Of a stretch of 64,000 nt of DNA, positions 48,563-58,153 are shown piece by piece. Position numbers and translations under genes: made by a program. The notes below the pieces were generated by a model. The model saw nothing but the letters and a program-made list of their open reading frames with translations, searched no databases and was not told the origin of the DNA. Source of the DNA: a virus; the IMG/VR virus record IMGVR_UViG_3300044729_001198, positions 122,632 to 186,631 of that record. One strand, 5' to 3'. Within the stretch, counting starts at the first letter, position 1. Every line of letters begins with the position of its first letter.

Positions 48563-50896
48563 TTATGCCCCTGGGAACGTAGCGCCAGTTGGAAGAATGT
48601 TGAAATCGAGTACGATAAATTCAGCAGTCTTCGTAGGTTGTAAGTAAATTTCACCTACCATAATGTTTCTATCGATAACATCTGGTGTGTTGTTTGTGTC
48701 ATCCATCACCACTTTGAAAGCGTAAAGACCATTTCTTTGTTGGATTGATTCCAAGTATGGATTTACGATTGATAAGAAGCGATTTCTTGTAGCAGCGGTA
48801 TTTTGTTCGAATACCAAGTATCTTGTAGAGGATGCGATGTATTTCTTAACAGCAATTAACAATCTACGAACGTTAATTCTATCAAGAGCAGATGGTTTAG
48901 CTTGTAAGGTCTTTTGACCAAATACAGTAGCACCTTGTCCAGGGAATGTAGCGATTGGGTTGATACGACCTTCGTATAGTGAATCTCTTTCATCGTGAGT
49001 TAAACGAGTCTTAACTTCAATAACGTTTGTCAAACCACCACGATTCAAACCTGCGGGAGCGTACCACTCAGCACCAACTGAATCGTTGAAAGCAATAACA
49101 CCAGGAAGAACAACACTTGGTGGAACCCAGACTGGCTTATTCTTGTCAGTATCAAGGATTTTAACCCAAGGGTGGTAAGTAGCAACATAATTCGAGTCAA
49201 ATGAAGTCAACGTGTTTACAGCAGTAGCGATTGTATCACCATAAGCAGCCGTATCCATCACAAAGAAACAATCTTGTCTATCTTCACACATATCCTTAGC
49301 GTATGTAGTAACTGAAGAGTGTAATCTATGTAACAAACCTGGAATAACAACCATGTTAATATCAAATTCATCAGGGTTTGAAATTGCGTTGATAGCTTTT
49401 CTCAAAGCAACAGTACCACTAGCAGTAGCAGATGAACAATCCAAACCTTGAGTGTTTCCAGCAACAATATTAGTTCCGGTGTAAACTACTCGGTTTGGCT
49501 CCCATCCATCAAAACCACCTTGGAAAGGTACGATGAATTTTTTGTAATCAATATTACTTGTTAACGATACAGTACCTGAACCTGATTGACAAGTTGCCAA
49601 ATCAAATGCATTACCAACCACCTCGGTATTAGCATCCGGAGTTGGATTCAAGAAGTTTAAGTTATCAGTTGTAGCGAAATCAAATGAGTAACCAAAGAAC
49701 ACTTTAGAGTTGTAAACACTATCCAAAGATTGTGTAGTTACATAAGTTGGTTCTGGTAAAGTATAACCACTATGAAGTGGTGATGTTACAGCAGCAAATC
49801 CAAATGGAACTAAAGTTGAATCAACAGCACCATTTTTAACATCATCAGCAACTTCAACACGAATGTGAGCTGATGTGTTAGGATAATCACCATTGAATAC
49901 TAATTTACCTGTAGATTCTACAGTAACGTATCTATCACCAATAACTCTTGCGATGAAATTTGGAGAGTTCGGGTCAAGGTTAACATTTGTAAATTCTTCT
50001 ACAATATTAGGTCTAGCATCGGTATCTTGTACGTTTTGACCAAAGATAGAATAAGGAACTTTAGAAGTATCGACTCTACGAACTTGTACAGTGAATGTAC
50101 CAAATTCAGAACCTGGAACTTCAGAAGCAGGTTTGATGTCACGGATACCAATTTTGAATTCGTAGTTTGTAGCATTACCATGTGATAATGTATGGAACTT
50201 AAACAAGTTAGTAGCGACACCACCAACTTTTTGAGAAACGATATAAGGAGTAGATGCTTCGGAGTAAGCTTTAGTGTAATCGGTGTCGAATTGTACAACT
50301 GATACTTTTGCGTTCTCACCAGTAGCAAATGATTGTGACTGGAATGTTGAGAAGTTTAAGTAAGTGTAAGCAACTTTAGATGACTTTGGAGCGAATCCAT
50401 AAAGTTTTGTAAAGTAGTTATCCGAGGTCGGATTCATAGAAGCTGAAGTAGCAGTTGAACTAACCAAACTACCAGTCAATGTCAAAACAAAAGCAGATGC
50501 ACTTGCAGCAGCATCAACACTTGATAAATCAAAGTCACCACCATTTGTGGTTGTAGTTGGGTGAAGTACAGCAGCAACCTTTACACCAGCTGAAGATGAA
50601 ACTACTAAAGCAATTGGTTTAGCAGTGTATCCATCAGCACCTAATACTCTAACGATAGTAGCATTAGAAGCGTCTTCTAAATATGATTGTGCGGTATACG
50701 GGAGGTATGAATCTTCAGTCAATCCTCCAAACTTTTGTTGGAATTCATTGAAAGACTCAACCTTCGTTGGTACGAAAGCAGGTCCCTTTATAGTTTGTCC
50801 TATAAGAGCTCCACCTATCTCAGCAATACCCGCAGGTAAGAACGAAAGGTCTTTTTCTCTTGTGAATACACCAGGACTTACAATTCTTTCAGCCAT
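48563..50896 (-). CDS. gp18: Tail sheath protein (gp18-like)
   Basis: SPGVFTRE.D, G...KGP, WYAPAG.NRG, FGQKTL, RINVRRL, P.K.AEFI.L.F. Confidence 0.95.
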   Translation of the reverse strand: MAERIVSPGVFTREKDLSFLPAGIAEIGGALIGQTIKGPAFVPTKVESFNEFQQKFGGLTEDSYLPYTAQSYLEDASNATIVRVLGADGYTAKPIALVVSSSAGVKVAAVLHPTTTTNGGDFDLSSVDAAASASAFVLTLTGSLVSSTATSASMNPTSDNYFTKLYGFAPKSSKVAYTYLNFSTFQSQSFATGENAKVSVVQFDTDYTKAYSEASTPYIVSQKVGGVATNLFKFHTLSHGNATNYEFKIGIRDIKPASEVPGSEFGTFTVQVRRVDTSKVPYSIFGQNVQDTDARPNIVEEFTNVNLDPNSPNFIARVIGDRYVTVESTGKLVFNGDYPNTSAHIRVEVADDVKNGAVDSTLVPFGFAAVTSPLHSGYTLPEPTYVTTQSLDSVYNSKVFFGYSFDFATTDNLNFLNPTPDANTEVVGNAFDLATCQSGSGTVSLTSNIDYKKFIVPFQGGFDGWEPNRVVYTGTNIVAGNTQGLDCSSATASGTVALRKAINAISNPDEFDINMVVIPGLLHRLHSSVTTYAKDMCEDRQDCFFVMDTAAYGDTIATAVNTLTSFDSNYVATYHPWVKILDTDKNKPVWVPPSVVLPGVIAFNDSVGAEWYAPAGLNRGGLTNVIEVKTRLTHDERDSLYEGRINPIATFPGQGATVFGQKTLQAKPSALDRINVRRLLIAVKKYIASSTRYLVFEQNTAATRNRFLSIVNPYLESIQQRNGLYAFKVVMDDTNNTPDVIDRNIMVGEIYLQPTKTAEFIVLDFNILPTGATFPGA

Positions 50897-50969
50897 TATT
50901 TTTCTCCTAATATTCTAATTTTGGTTTTCCTTAATAATAAATACACAAAAAATTAGGGAAACGAGATAG

Positions 50970-51251
50970 TTATTTTTTAGGAACAAAGGTATTTGTACTT
51001 ATATCGTACTCACCCTCTCCATATTTTTCTTTTAATGCTTTAGAAATTTCATCTTGTGTCTTCATTAATTGTAAGTATTCACCATACAATGTAGACTTTT
51101 GTGATTTTAAAGTTTCAAAGATTTGTTCTAACTGATAAATTTCGAGTTCTATCTCACCCATTTTTGTTGTAGTAAACAAAACTTGTTCTTGAAGAGCTTG
51201 AACCTTGTCAGACTCTTCTTGTGTAAATTGAATAACTGTTTTTTCTTCCAT
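50970..51251 (-). CDS. Small coiled-coil protein
   Basis: Heptad-rich; ends KYGEGEYD.ST.TF. Confidence 0.55.
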   Translation of the reverse strand: MEEKTVIQFTQEESDKVQALQEQVLFTTTKMGEIELEIYQLEQIFETLKSQKSTLYGEYLQLMKTQDEISKALKEKYGEGEYDISTNTFVPKK

Positions 51252-51285
51252 AATATTGTTAGTTTACTATATAAATATCTAATTT

Positions 51286-52101
51286 TTAGACATCACCACC
51301 TAATTTTGGGTTTTCACCCCAAGAAATCTTTCCAACTGAAAATCTTCTTTTTGTATTTGGCGTTGTACCCTTATATTCTGGCACAATATACGCTTTTGCG
51401 GTCAATCCTATAGTTGCCTTTGAAATTCTATCTTGACTCATCTCGGCCATAGTCTCAAATGAATACGAATCACCTTTGATTACAAATTTATATCTCTCAC
51501 CAAAAGATTGTCCTTGGAAATAGATTATTTGTTCTACTATTTTATTTACTTGTTCCATGTAATCACACCAAACCACAACCTCATACTCTAAATTGACATA
51601 ATCAGGTCTAGCAACAGCCACATATTCTTTTACAGGTTGTTGTCCTGTCAAGATTGAGAATTGGTCATATCTATTGGCTCGTGTATATTTACGTTCGAAC
51701 ATTTGTTCAGCATCTTCAGAATTAGCAACTTTTAATTTTGACAATTCCGTGTTTATTGATAAGTTATTTCGTTTGAATGAAATCACGGGTGTTAAAATCA
51801 TCCCATTATCATCTCTCATGAAACCATCACGTTGAGCACTTGCCCATTTTTCAGGAGAAGCATACATAACAGGTACTGGTATAAATCTACCACCATCTTC
51901 TACCAAAGGTTTAACATCTAATTCTAAAAAAGACTTGAACGCAAGGTCAATATCGTAAATACCAACCGATACGTTTTTTAAATCATCATTATCTCTACGA
52001 GTTTGATTTGCCTTATTTAATTTAGGGTCTAAACTTGTAGAAGATTGAGTCTGATTCAGATTCGGTTTGTTTGGGTCTGATGTTCTAAATTTTGTAGCCA
52101 T
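51286..52101 (-). CDS. Tail completion/terminator protein (gp15-like)
   Basis: VP..YASPEKW, P.I.F.R; position upstream of the sheath. Confidence 0.65.
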   Translation of the reverse strand: MATKFRTSDPNKPNLNQTQSSTSLDPKLNKANQTRRDNDDLKNVSVGIYDIDLAFKSFLELDVKPLVEDGGRFIPVPVMYASPEKWASAQRDGFMRDDNGMILTPVISFKRNNLSINTELSKLKVANSEDAEQMFERKYTRANRYDQFSILTGQQPVKEYVAVARPDYVNLEYEVVVWCDYMEQVNKIVEQIIYFQGQSFGERYKFVIKGDSYSFETMAEMSQDRISKATIGLTAKAYIVPEYKGTTPNTKRRFSVGKISWGENPKLGGDV

Positions 52102-52631
52102 TATAATCCCATCGGTATAGTGTTAGAATTTGAATTTGAATTACCAAATCGAGTTTCTACCAAATTTAGTGTAGTGTGTCGTGTAACGTGAGCATCACAT
52201 ATAAGTGATACTGAATAACCTTGAATTTCACCACCATCCCAATGGTCTGGATTTTTACCAGCAAAGAATTGAGCTTCATTGATTGAATCGATTTGAAAAT
52301 ACTCACCCATCCAATCTACAATATCACCAACTTCAGGATAAATGTCTTTATCATCCTTTAATGTGTCTTTCAAGAACTTAAATATTGCTGTTCTTGTATA
52401 TGACTGACCAAAATCATCCGAAACTTGGTCGATGGTATTATACTCAATCAAACATGGAACTTTTACAGGATTGTAATAAACTTTATCTTTACCCTCACCA
52501 TATACATTTACATTGGTGTCAGATATCACAAGTTTATAGTAATACACTTCCGTATCAATAATATCATTGATAAGTTCTTTGTTTAGCGTTCTAAACAAAC
52601 TCATGTCTCTTTGACCGCTGAATAATGCCAT
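52101..52631 (-). CDS. Neck protein (gp14-like)
   Basis: E.I..I...VYYY, PEVGD.V.W...YF.I. Confidence 0.65.
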   Translation of the reverse strand: MALFSGQRDMSLFRTLNKELINDIIDTEVYYYKLVISDTNVNVYGEGKDKVYYNPVKVPCLIEYNTIDQVSDDFGQSYTRTAIFKFLKDTLKDDKDIYPEVGDIVDWMGEYFQIDSINEAQFFAGKNPDHWDGGEIQGYSVSLICDAHVTRHTTLNLVETRFGNSNSNSNTIPMGL

Positions 52632-52634
52632 TGG

Positions 52635-53798
52635 TTATCCTATATAAATTGCTCTTGGAACTCTAGCAAGTGTTGATTCTAAAAATTCAGCCTCATCACG
52701 TTTTGCTTCCATTAATGCTCTTTTTGAAACGGCTTCCAAAGTTTCTTTTAACTCGGTTAATAGATTTTCTTTTTCAGTAGAAGCCTCACCTCTTAAATCA
52801 GCACCATCTAAAGTAACATCAGCCCCAGGAATTGGAATAGCGGAGAATTTAGCTCTAACAGCACCCAACATTTCTTTAGCCAATGCTAATGTGTATTTAG
52901 TAATCCATTGTCTACCAGCAGCGTTAATATCTGAATATAACAATCTCAAGAACGGAGCGTTTGATAAATCACTAACAACATTTGATGCCATTGCAGGATT
53001 ATTACCTTCACTATTTCGTGTATATTCAAAGTACACTTTTGTTCCAGTATCAGTTGATGTTGGTAATGGGAAAATCTTAATACGATTATTAACTAATTGG
53101 AATGAGTATTGTGATTTACGAATTTGGTCATTAAATTCAATTGCTTGTAAACGAAGTAAATCATCATACATCGGTTGCATCATAAACGATACGCCTGGTG
53201 AGTAATTACCCCATCCAAAAGTCTCCATCATTTGTTGTGAACCAAGACCAGTTCCGACAAATGGGTCAAAATAACGAGTAATTGCAGGAGGCGCCTCATG
53301 AAACACCTTACGGATTGTAAGACCATCGGAAACTGAACCAGATTCAAGTGATACTACACTTGCATTCTTTAAATCATAAATTTGTTCACCACCAACTAAC
53401 GTAAATGAACCTGTATAGTATGTTAATCTACCACCACTCTTTGCTTCAGTACCATAATCTTTTGCGATATTCACAACAGAACTCAAATTAGAATTAAGTT
53501 GTGTATTTCGTAAGTCAGCTGAAATGTTTGACCCTTGTAGTGAGAGCATACTTTCTCTCGTTCTATATAGGTTAACTTGTGATGAGTATTCATTGGTAGC
53601 TTCTTCAAAACAAGCAAAAAAGTTTATATCTTGTAATTCAATATCAACGATGGGATATCCCAGTCGTTTTGCGCACCACCCAGCCACCTTTGGAGCATCT
53701 GACCTGAATTGTGAATCAGAATCAAAAAATCCGAAAGGAGTGGAACTTCCACTTGTGAATGTCGCTGCGCCTGTCCAAATTGGTATGTTAACTGCCAT
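52635..53798 (-). CDS. Neck/head-tail adaptor (gp13-like)
   Basis: RLGYP..DIEL, WI..YTLAL.KE.LG..R.KF..IP.PG..VTLDG. Confidence 0.75.
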   Translation of the reverse strand: MAVNIPIWTGAATFTSGSSTPFGFFDSDSQFRSDAPKVAGWCAKRLGYPIVDIELQDINFFACFEEATNEYSSQVNLYRTRESMLSLQGSNISADLRNTQLNSNLSSVVNIAKDYGTEAKSGGRLTYYTGSFTLVGGEQIYDLKNASVVSLESGSVSDGLTIRKVFHEAPPAITRYFDPFVGTGLGSQQMMETFGWGNYSPGVSFMMQPMYDDLLRLQAIEFNDQIRKSQYSFQLVNNRIKIFPLPTSTDTGTKVYFEYTRNSEGNNPAMASNVVSDLSNAPFLRLLYSDINAAGRQWITKYTLALAKEMLGAVRAKFSAIPIPGADVTLDGADLRGEASTEKENLLTELKETLEAVSKRALMEAKRDEAEFLESTLARVPRAIYIG

Positions 53799-53827
53799 TT
53801 AAAAACTCCATAAGGGTGTTATCTCTA

Positions 53828-53835
53828 TATAAATA
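53828..53835 (-). promoter_or_regulatory. Putative late motif TATTTATA upstream of the neck genes
   Basis: Recurs at 36372, 46558, 47951, 48541, 50936, 51270, 58131. Confidence 0.6.
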
Positions 53836-53845
53836 GTAACACACT

Positions 53846-56212
53846 CTATCTTTCACTATTTTTCATAAAAGATACGATAATATAACGAGTTCCGTTTGTT
53901 ACGGCTCTAGCACCATGTTTGTGAGTTATGTTTCCAGGGTGTATAGTACAATATCCAATTGGTGATTTTACTAATTGTTTTTGTCTTCTAAACCAAGTAC
54001 CACCACCATCATATTCGTCTAAATCTGAAAGTTGTACAAGACAAGTTATGTCGGATGAGTCGTGGTGTATAGACAAGTGTCCTTGTGCATTTGGGGTATA
54101 TTTAGCCAAAAAGTTTTCAGATTGCATAGAAGTCCAACCCCGACCCTCAAGGGCCCAAATGTAAGTCGAAAACTTCATAACATATTCACGGAGAACATCC
54201 ATATAAATGTCATTCATGTCAATCACATTTAATAACATATCGGTTGTTGGGTAATTTTCATGCCTATCAACAGTCCAAGAATTAGCGTATTCGGCCTCTT
54301 CACGAATCATTCTACAAAACTCTTCAGTAAACAATGGAAATGTAAAACAATTATCAAATGGTTCATCGGTTATCAAATCCCATTCTTGTGTTCTAGCGGA
54401 ATATGATATAAATCTATTTTTCCATTCAATTGGGTTTTCATAATAAGTGTAAAGTTCGGGATGTAATTTCATGTTTAAATGAATAGTTTCGGTTGTAGAT
54501 TTTATTTGACTATGACCTTGACTTATTAATTGTGTTCTTAATGAGTAAGCATTTACATCTGACTCAATAGAGTTTAAATCATTTCGATTTGGATGTATTG
54601 AATATGTACATATGAAAAATTCATCTAATGGTATAATATTGTTTTGTAAGTTTTTACTCAACATTTTTTCTATACCATTTTTACTCAACATATAAGCATG
54701 GGTGTTGTAAGATGGATATGGTTTTACAATTTCACCCAAACCGATTTCAACATCATCTCCCGGTGACAATTTATTTCTACCAAGATACATCAAGTCCCAA
54801 TCGGATGGTAGGTCATCTATGATATATGGGGATAACTGACCATGAACCATGAAGTCCTCTTCAAGAACCAATATATTTTCATGACCACTTTCTTTTGCAA
54901 GATTCCAAACTTGGAGATGTGATAAAGCACAACCAATCTCTCCGGGCAGAATAGGTCTATTATACCATTTATTTGTAGATTCTATTTTCCAATTGGTAAA
55001 TACTGACCAATCTCCATCGTAAATATTTAAATTACTACCATCAACTGCTCTATGAATATGAATAACGCTTCGAGGGTCTAATCCTAATTTATTAATTTCA
55101 GAAACCCACCTATCGTAGTTATTAAAATTCTCGGATAACCCAATCACATATACACAATCTATTTTGGTGTATCGCTTTGGTTCATCTATCACACTATACC
55201 ACTCATTAACACGAACATCCCATGTATTTTTTAAAGCATATTCTCTTGCGTTTTTTAAATTGGTTTGTTGTAGTGATTTGTTATTGTGTAAATCCACAAA
55301 TGCTTCAAAAAACTCATTATTTGATGCATTATGACTTACAAGTTTAGCTTTACCATTTAATAGATTCAAAAGATTACCGGAATCAGTTGATACTATTTTT
55401 ACACCACCAAACATCATTTCAAGAGCAGTTATACAATAGGTTTCTTCATACTGACTTGGATATAACCAATATTCAGCCGAATTTATCAAATTGTATAATT
55501 CCATTTTCCCCAAAGCGCCAATAAAATGAACCCCTTCTAAAACTTGTTGATAAGAGTCATAAACATCCAATGCATATGGTGGGGTTGCTACCCATAAGGT
55601 AGCGTCTGGTAACATATTCTTTATGTTTGGCCAGATTTCTAATAGATTTGACAAACCACGTTCAGCTGATGATGTATACACAAACTTATTTGGGACTTTA
55701 TCAACCGAATTCATTAAAAAATCAGTCGTTGATATTGCGTTTGGTATTACACGAATACGACCTCTCATTTGTGGATATTTTTTTTCTAAAATGGCGGCCT
55801 GATATTCAGATACACAAATGAAGTTAGTTATTTCTAAACTTGATAAGTAGCCCAACCCATCATTCTCTAAAGTAACACCATTCCACCATGGATAAAAGTC
55901 AAGATTATGTAACCAAAAATATGATTTATCAAAGGTTATATTTCTTGATTTCAATTCTACTAAATAGTGTATATAATTTGTGGCAATTACAACATCGTAT
56001 TGTGAATTTGATTCCAATTCGCTGTATTCACAATATTTGACATTATCTATTGTAGAACTTATAAGGTCACCACATATGGTAACGTCATGGGAACGTGCCA
56101 TAATTTCTGCAAGTTTCATTACAGCATATTCCGACCCACCGATACCATTTTCGTACCAAGTGTTCCAATTCCATTTTTCTTTTTGATATCCTACTACAAA
56201 TAATATTTTCAT
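53846..56212 (-). CDS. Tri-domain enzyme: GT4 + GT25 (COLGALT-like) + PLOD-like 2OG-Fe(II) lysyl hydroxylase
   Basis: GIGGSE, YTSS..RGL, ET.CI.A.E (GT4); AVDG, GEIGCALSH, VLEED, WDLMYLGR (GT25); FPLFTE, YPT.D, HHDSS, GGGT.F, HPG..TH.H, GTRYI.VSF (LH). Confidence 0.85.
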   Translation of the reverse strand: MKILFVVGYQKEKWNWNTWYENGIGGSEYAVMKLAEIMARSHDVTICGDLISSTIDNVKYCEYSELESNSQYDVVIATNYIHYLVELKSRNITFDKSYFWLHNLDFYPWWNGVTLENDGLGYLSSLEITNFICVSEYQAAILEKKYPQMRGRIRVIPNAISTTDFLMNSVDKVPNKFVYTSSAERGLSNLLEIWPNIKNMLPDATLWVATPPYALDVYDSYQQVLEGVHFIGALGKMELYNLINSAEYWLYPSQYEETYCITALEMMFGGVKIVSTDSGNLLNLLNGKAKLVSHNASNNEFFEAFVDLHNNKSLQQTNLKNAREYALKNTWDVRVNEWYSVIDEPKRYTKIDCVYVIGLSENFNNYDRWVSEINKLGLDPRSVIHIHRAVDGSNLNIYDGDWSVFTNWKIESTNKWYNRPILPGEIGCALSHLQVWNLAKESGHENILVLEEDFMVHGQLSPYIIDDLPSDWDLMYLGRNKLSPGDDVEIGLGEIVKPYPSYNTHAYMLSKNGIEKMLSKNLQNNIIPLDEFFICTYSIHPNRNDLNSIESDVNAYSLRTQLISQGHSQIKSTTETIHLNMKLHPELYTYYENPIEWKNRFISYSARTQEWDLITDEPFDNCFTFPLFTEEFCRMIREEAEYANSWTVDRHENYPTTDMLLNVIDMNDIYMDVLREYVMKFSTYIWALEGRGWTSMQSENFLAKYTPNAQGHLSIHHDSSDITCLVQLSDLDEYDGGGTWFRRQKQLVKSPIGYCTIHPGNITHKHGARAVTNGTRYIIVSFMKNSER

Positions 56213-56213
56213 G

Positions 56214-57506
56214 CTATTTCACTATGTAATTTAAAACTTGTTCACTCTCACCAAATTTTGTATAATCCATATCATCTTGAAATTTCCAAGAATGGCCATC
56301 GGACTCATTCCAACACCAATCATCTTTTCCAAGCTCAAGGATTCGTTGATGAATAAATGGGTCGTAATAATCTTTTATTAATCTAGCCCTACGATTAATA
56401 TCGGTTGAATTATTATCTACTGTCGAATCACCATTATTATATTGTACATATAACATTTTTTTAAGGTGAATTATTCTTGTATGTAAAAATGTCTTTACAA
56501 TTAATTCAAAATCATCAGCTACCGAAATATCTCTACTATGTCCTCTGATTTCTGAATATGTATCTCGTCTCCAAATACGGCAATGGTTTGGCATACCAAT
56601 ATTGAATCGTATTGATTTCGGATTTATATCAGGATAATGGTGTACCAACCAATCTTGACCATCAATATTTTGCCATGTGTGTCCTGCATAACCCCAATCA
56701 AATTTATTTTCCGGATGACCATACCAATCGTCACCTATATAACCATATTGACGTGGTGCTCCATTTTCATAAACCTCGGTTACATCCGTATATATAAATC
56801 CAGCATCTTCATGTTGCCATGAGGCATGTAATACTTCTTGTAAACAAGTTGTTATCAAAGTGTCATCATGGTCAAGTTCTACTAACCACTCACCATTACA
56901 TAACATGGCAGCTCTATGTTTAACCTCACCAACATTACCACCACTATTTGGTGACATTCTATATGGTTTTACTCTATAATCTTCGTCAGCTATAGTTTTT
57001 AGATATTCCCACGTTTTATAATCACCTTCAGGTGAATCATCAACGACCACCCATTCCCAATTTGGATACGTTTGGTTTTTTAAAGATTCATATGTTCTGA
57101 ATATACGTTCGTTGGTTTTGTACGTTGGTGTGAAGATTGAGAATATAGGCGTTTCTCTATTTCCAAATACTTCTTTTTGAGACCTACAAGCCCAAAACGT
57201 TGATTGACATACAATATCATTTGCAAGAACATTGTCAGCTGGAATTTCAGTATATGTAAAAACTTTTGACATCACAAATGTATGGCTGGTGAATTGATAA
57301 ACTTGTCCATTTCCCGGCCCAATTAATATAATGATGTCCGGCTTATGTTTAGCAAAATCTGATTTAAAATTACAAGCACAATCGTATGAATATATTTTTA
57401 CAAATTCATATAAATTTTCTTCGTGATATACATCAGATTTTAGTGTTATCTCACCAAATCTATTCCAACCATAAACCAAAGCAGTTGGCAAACTCGTTTT
57501 TCTCAT
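56214..57506 (-). CDS. GT2 glycosyltransferase with N-terminal extension
   Basis: FSIFTPTY, WVVVDDS, VELDHDD, ADDFEL; start set to MRKTS. Confidence 0.82.
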   Translation of the reverse strand: MRKTSLPTALVYGWNRFGEITLKSDVYHEENLYEFVKIYSYDCACNFKSDFAKHKPDIIILIGPGNGQVYQFTSHTFVMSKVFTYTEIPADNVLANDIVCQSTFWACRSQKEVFGNRETPIFSIFTPTYKTNERIFRTYESLKNQTYPNWEWVVVDDSPEGDYKTWEYLKTIADEDYRVKPYRMSPNSGGNVGEVKHRAAMLCNGEWLVELDHDDTLITTCLQEVLHASWQHEDAGFIYTDVTEVYENGAPRQYGYIGDDWYGHPENKFDWGYAGHTWQNIDGQDWLVHHYPDINPKSIRFNIGMPNHCRIWRRDTYSEIRGHSRDISVADDFELIVKTFLHTRIIHLKKMLYVQYNNGDSTVDNNSTDINRRARLIKDYYDPFIHQRILELGKDDWCWNESDGHSWKFQDDMDYTKFGESEQVLNYIVK

Positions 57507-57507
57507 A

Positions 57508-58113
57508 TTATCTATATGGTTCTCCACCAACCCAAAGTACAAATGATTTACGAGTACCTTTAGTTACGGGTTTGACTCTATGTAAATAAAAAGATGGGAA
57601 TATCACAACAACACCCTTACCCCTTGGAGCTTGAGTGGCTCCAGCTCCCAACATAAATTCTAAATCACCACCCTCATACTCATCTGGACCTGAAAGTTGA
57701 ACTGTTACTGATACTTTTCTTTGATTCTGAATTCCAATACCACAATCCATGTGCCAATCGTAGTGACCACCACCTTCGTAATATTCGGTATATTGAATCC
57801 GTTCTCGCATATGAGTCAAATCAAGTTTCCACATAAATTGATTTGCTTCAGAAATCATATTATGTAATTTAGAATACACCCATTCCCACTTTTCATTTTG
57901 TGGACACCATTTTACTGATGATTTTCGATAAGTCTCATTCTTTCGGCTAACGTTGTCTTGACCAATAGCAGCTTCTTCAAACTTTAAATCTGAAGTCAAT
58001 TCTTCGATGGTCTTCAACTCTTCAGGTGTAAACCCTTCGTGAAACCAATAATAATTTGTGTAATTCACATCCAAACGATGTGGGTCTCGGTCAAATTTAA
58101 ATCCATTTTCCAT
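57508..58113 (-). CDS. 2OG-Fe(II) dioxygenase (prolyl-hydroxylase-like)
   Basis: YDWHMD, RK.S..VQLS....YEGG.L, FPSF..HRV.PVT.G.R.S.V.W. Confidence 0.88.
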   Translation of the reverse strand: MENGFKFDRDPHRLDVNYTNYYWFHEGFTPEELKTIEELTSDLKFEEAAIGQDNVSRKNETYRKSSVKWCPQNEKWEWVYSKLHNMISEANQFMWKLDLTHMRERIQYTEYYEGGGHYDWHMDCGIGIQNQRKVSVTVQLSGPDEYEGGDLEFMLGAGATQAPRGKGVVVIFPSFYLHRVKPVTKGTRKSFVLWVGGEPYR

Positions 58114-58130
58114 AACTTATATTCTTTTAA

Positions 58131-58138
58131 TATAAATA
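58131..58138 (-). promoter_or_regulatory. Putative late motif TATTTATA upstream of the oxygenase-GT2-GT/LH cassette
   Basis: Intergenic; same motif as other late sites. Confidence 0.6.
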
Positions 58139-58153
58139 TGGAATCTAAACTTA

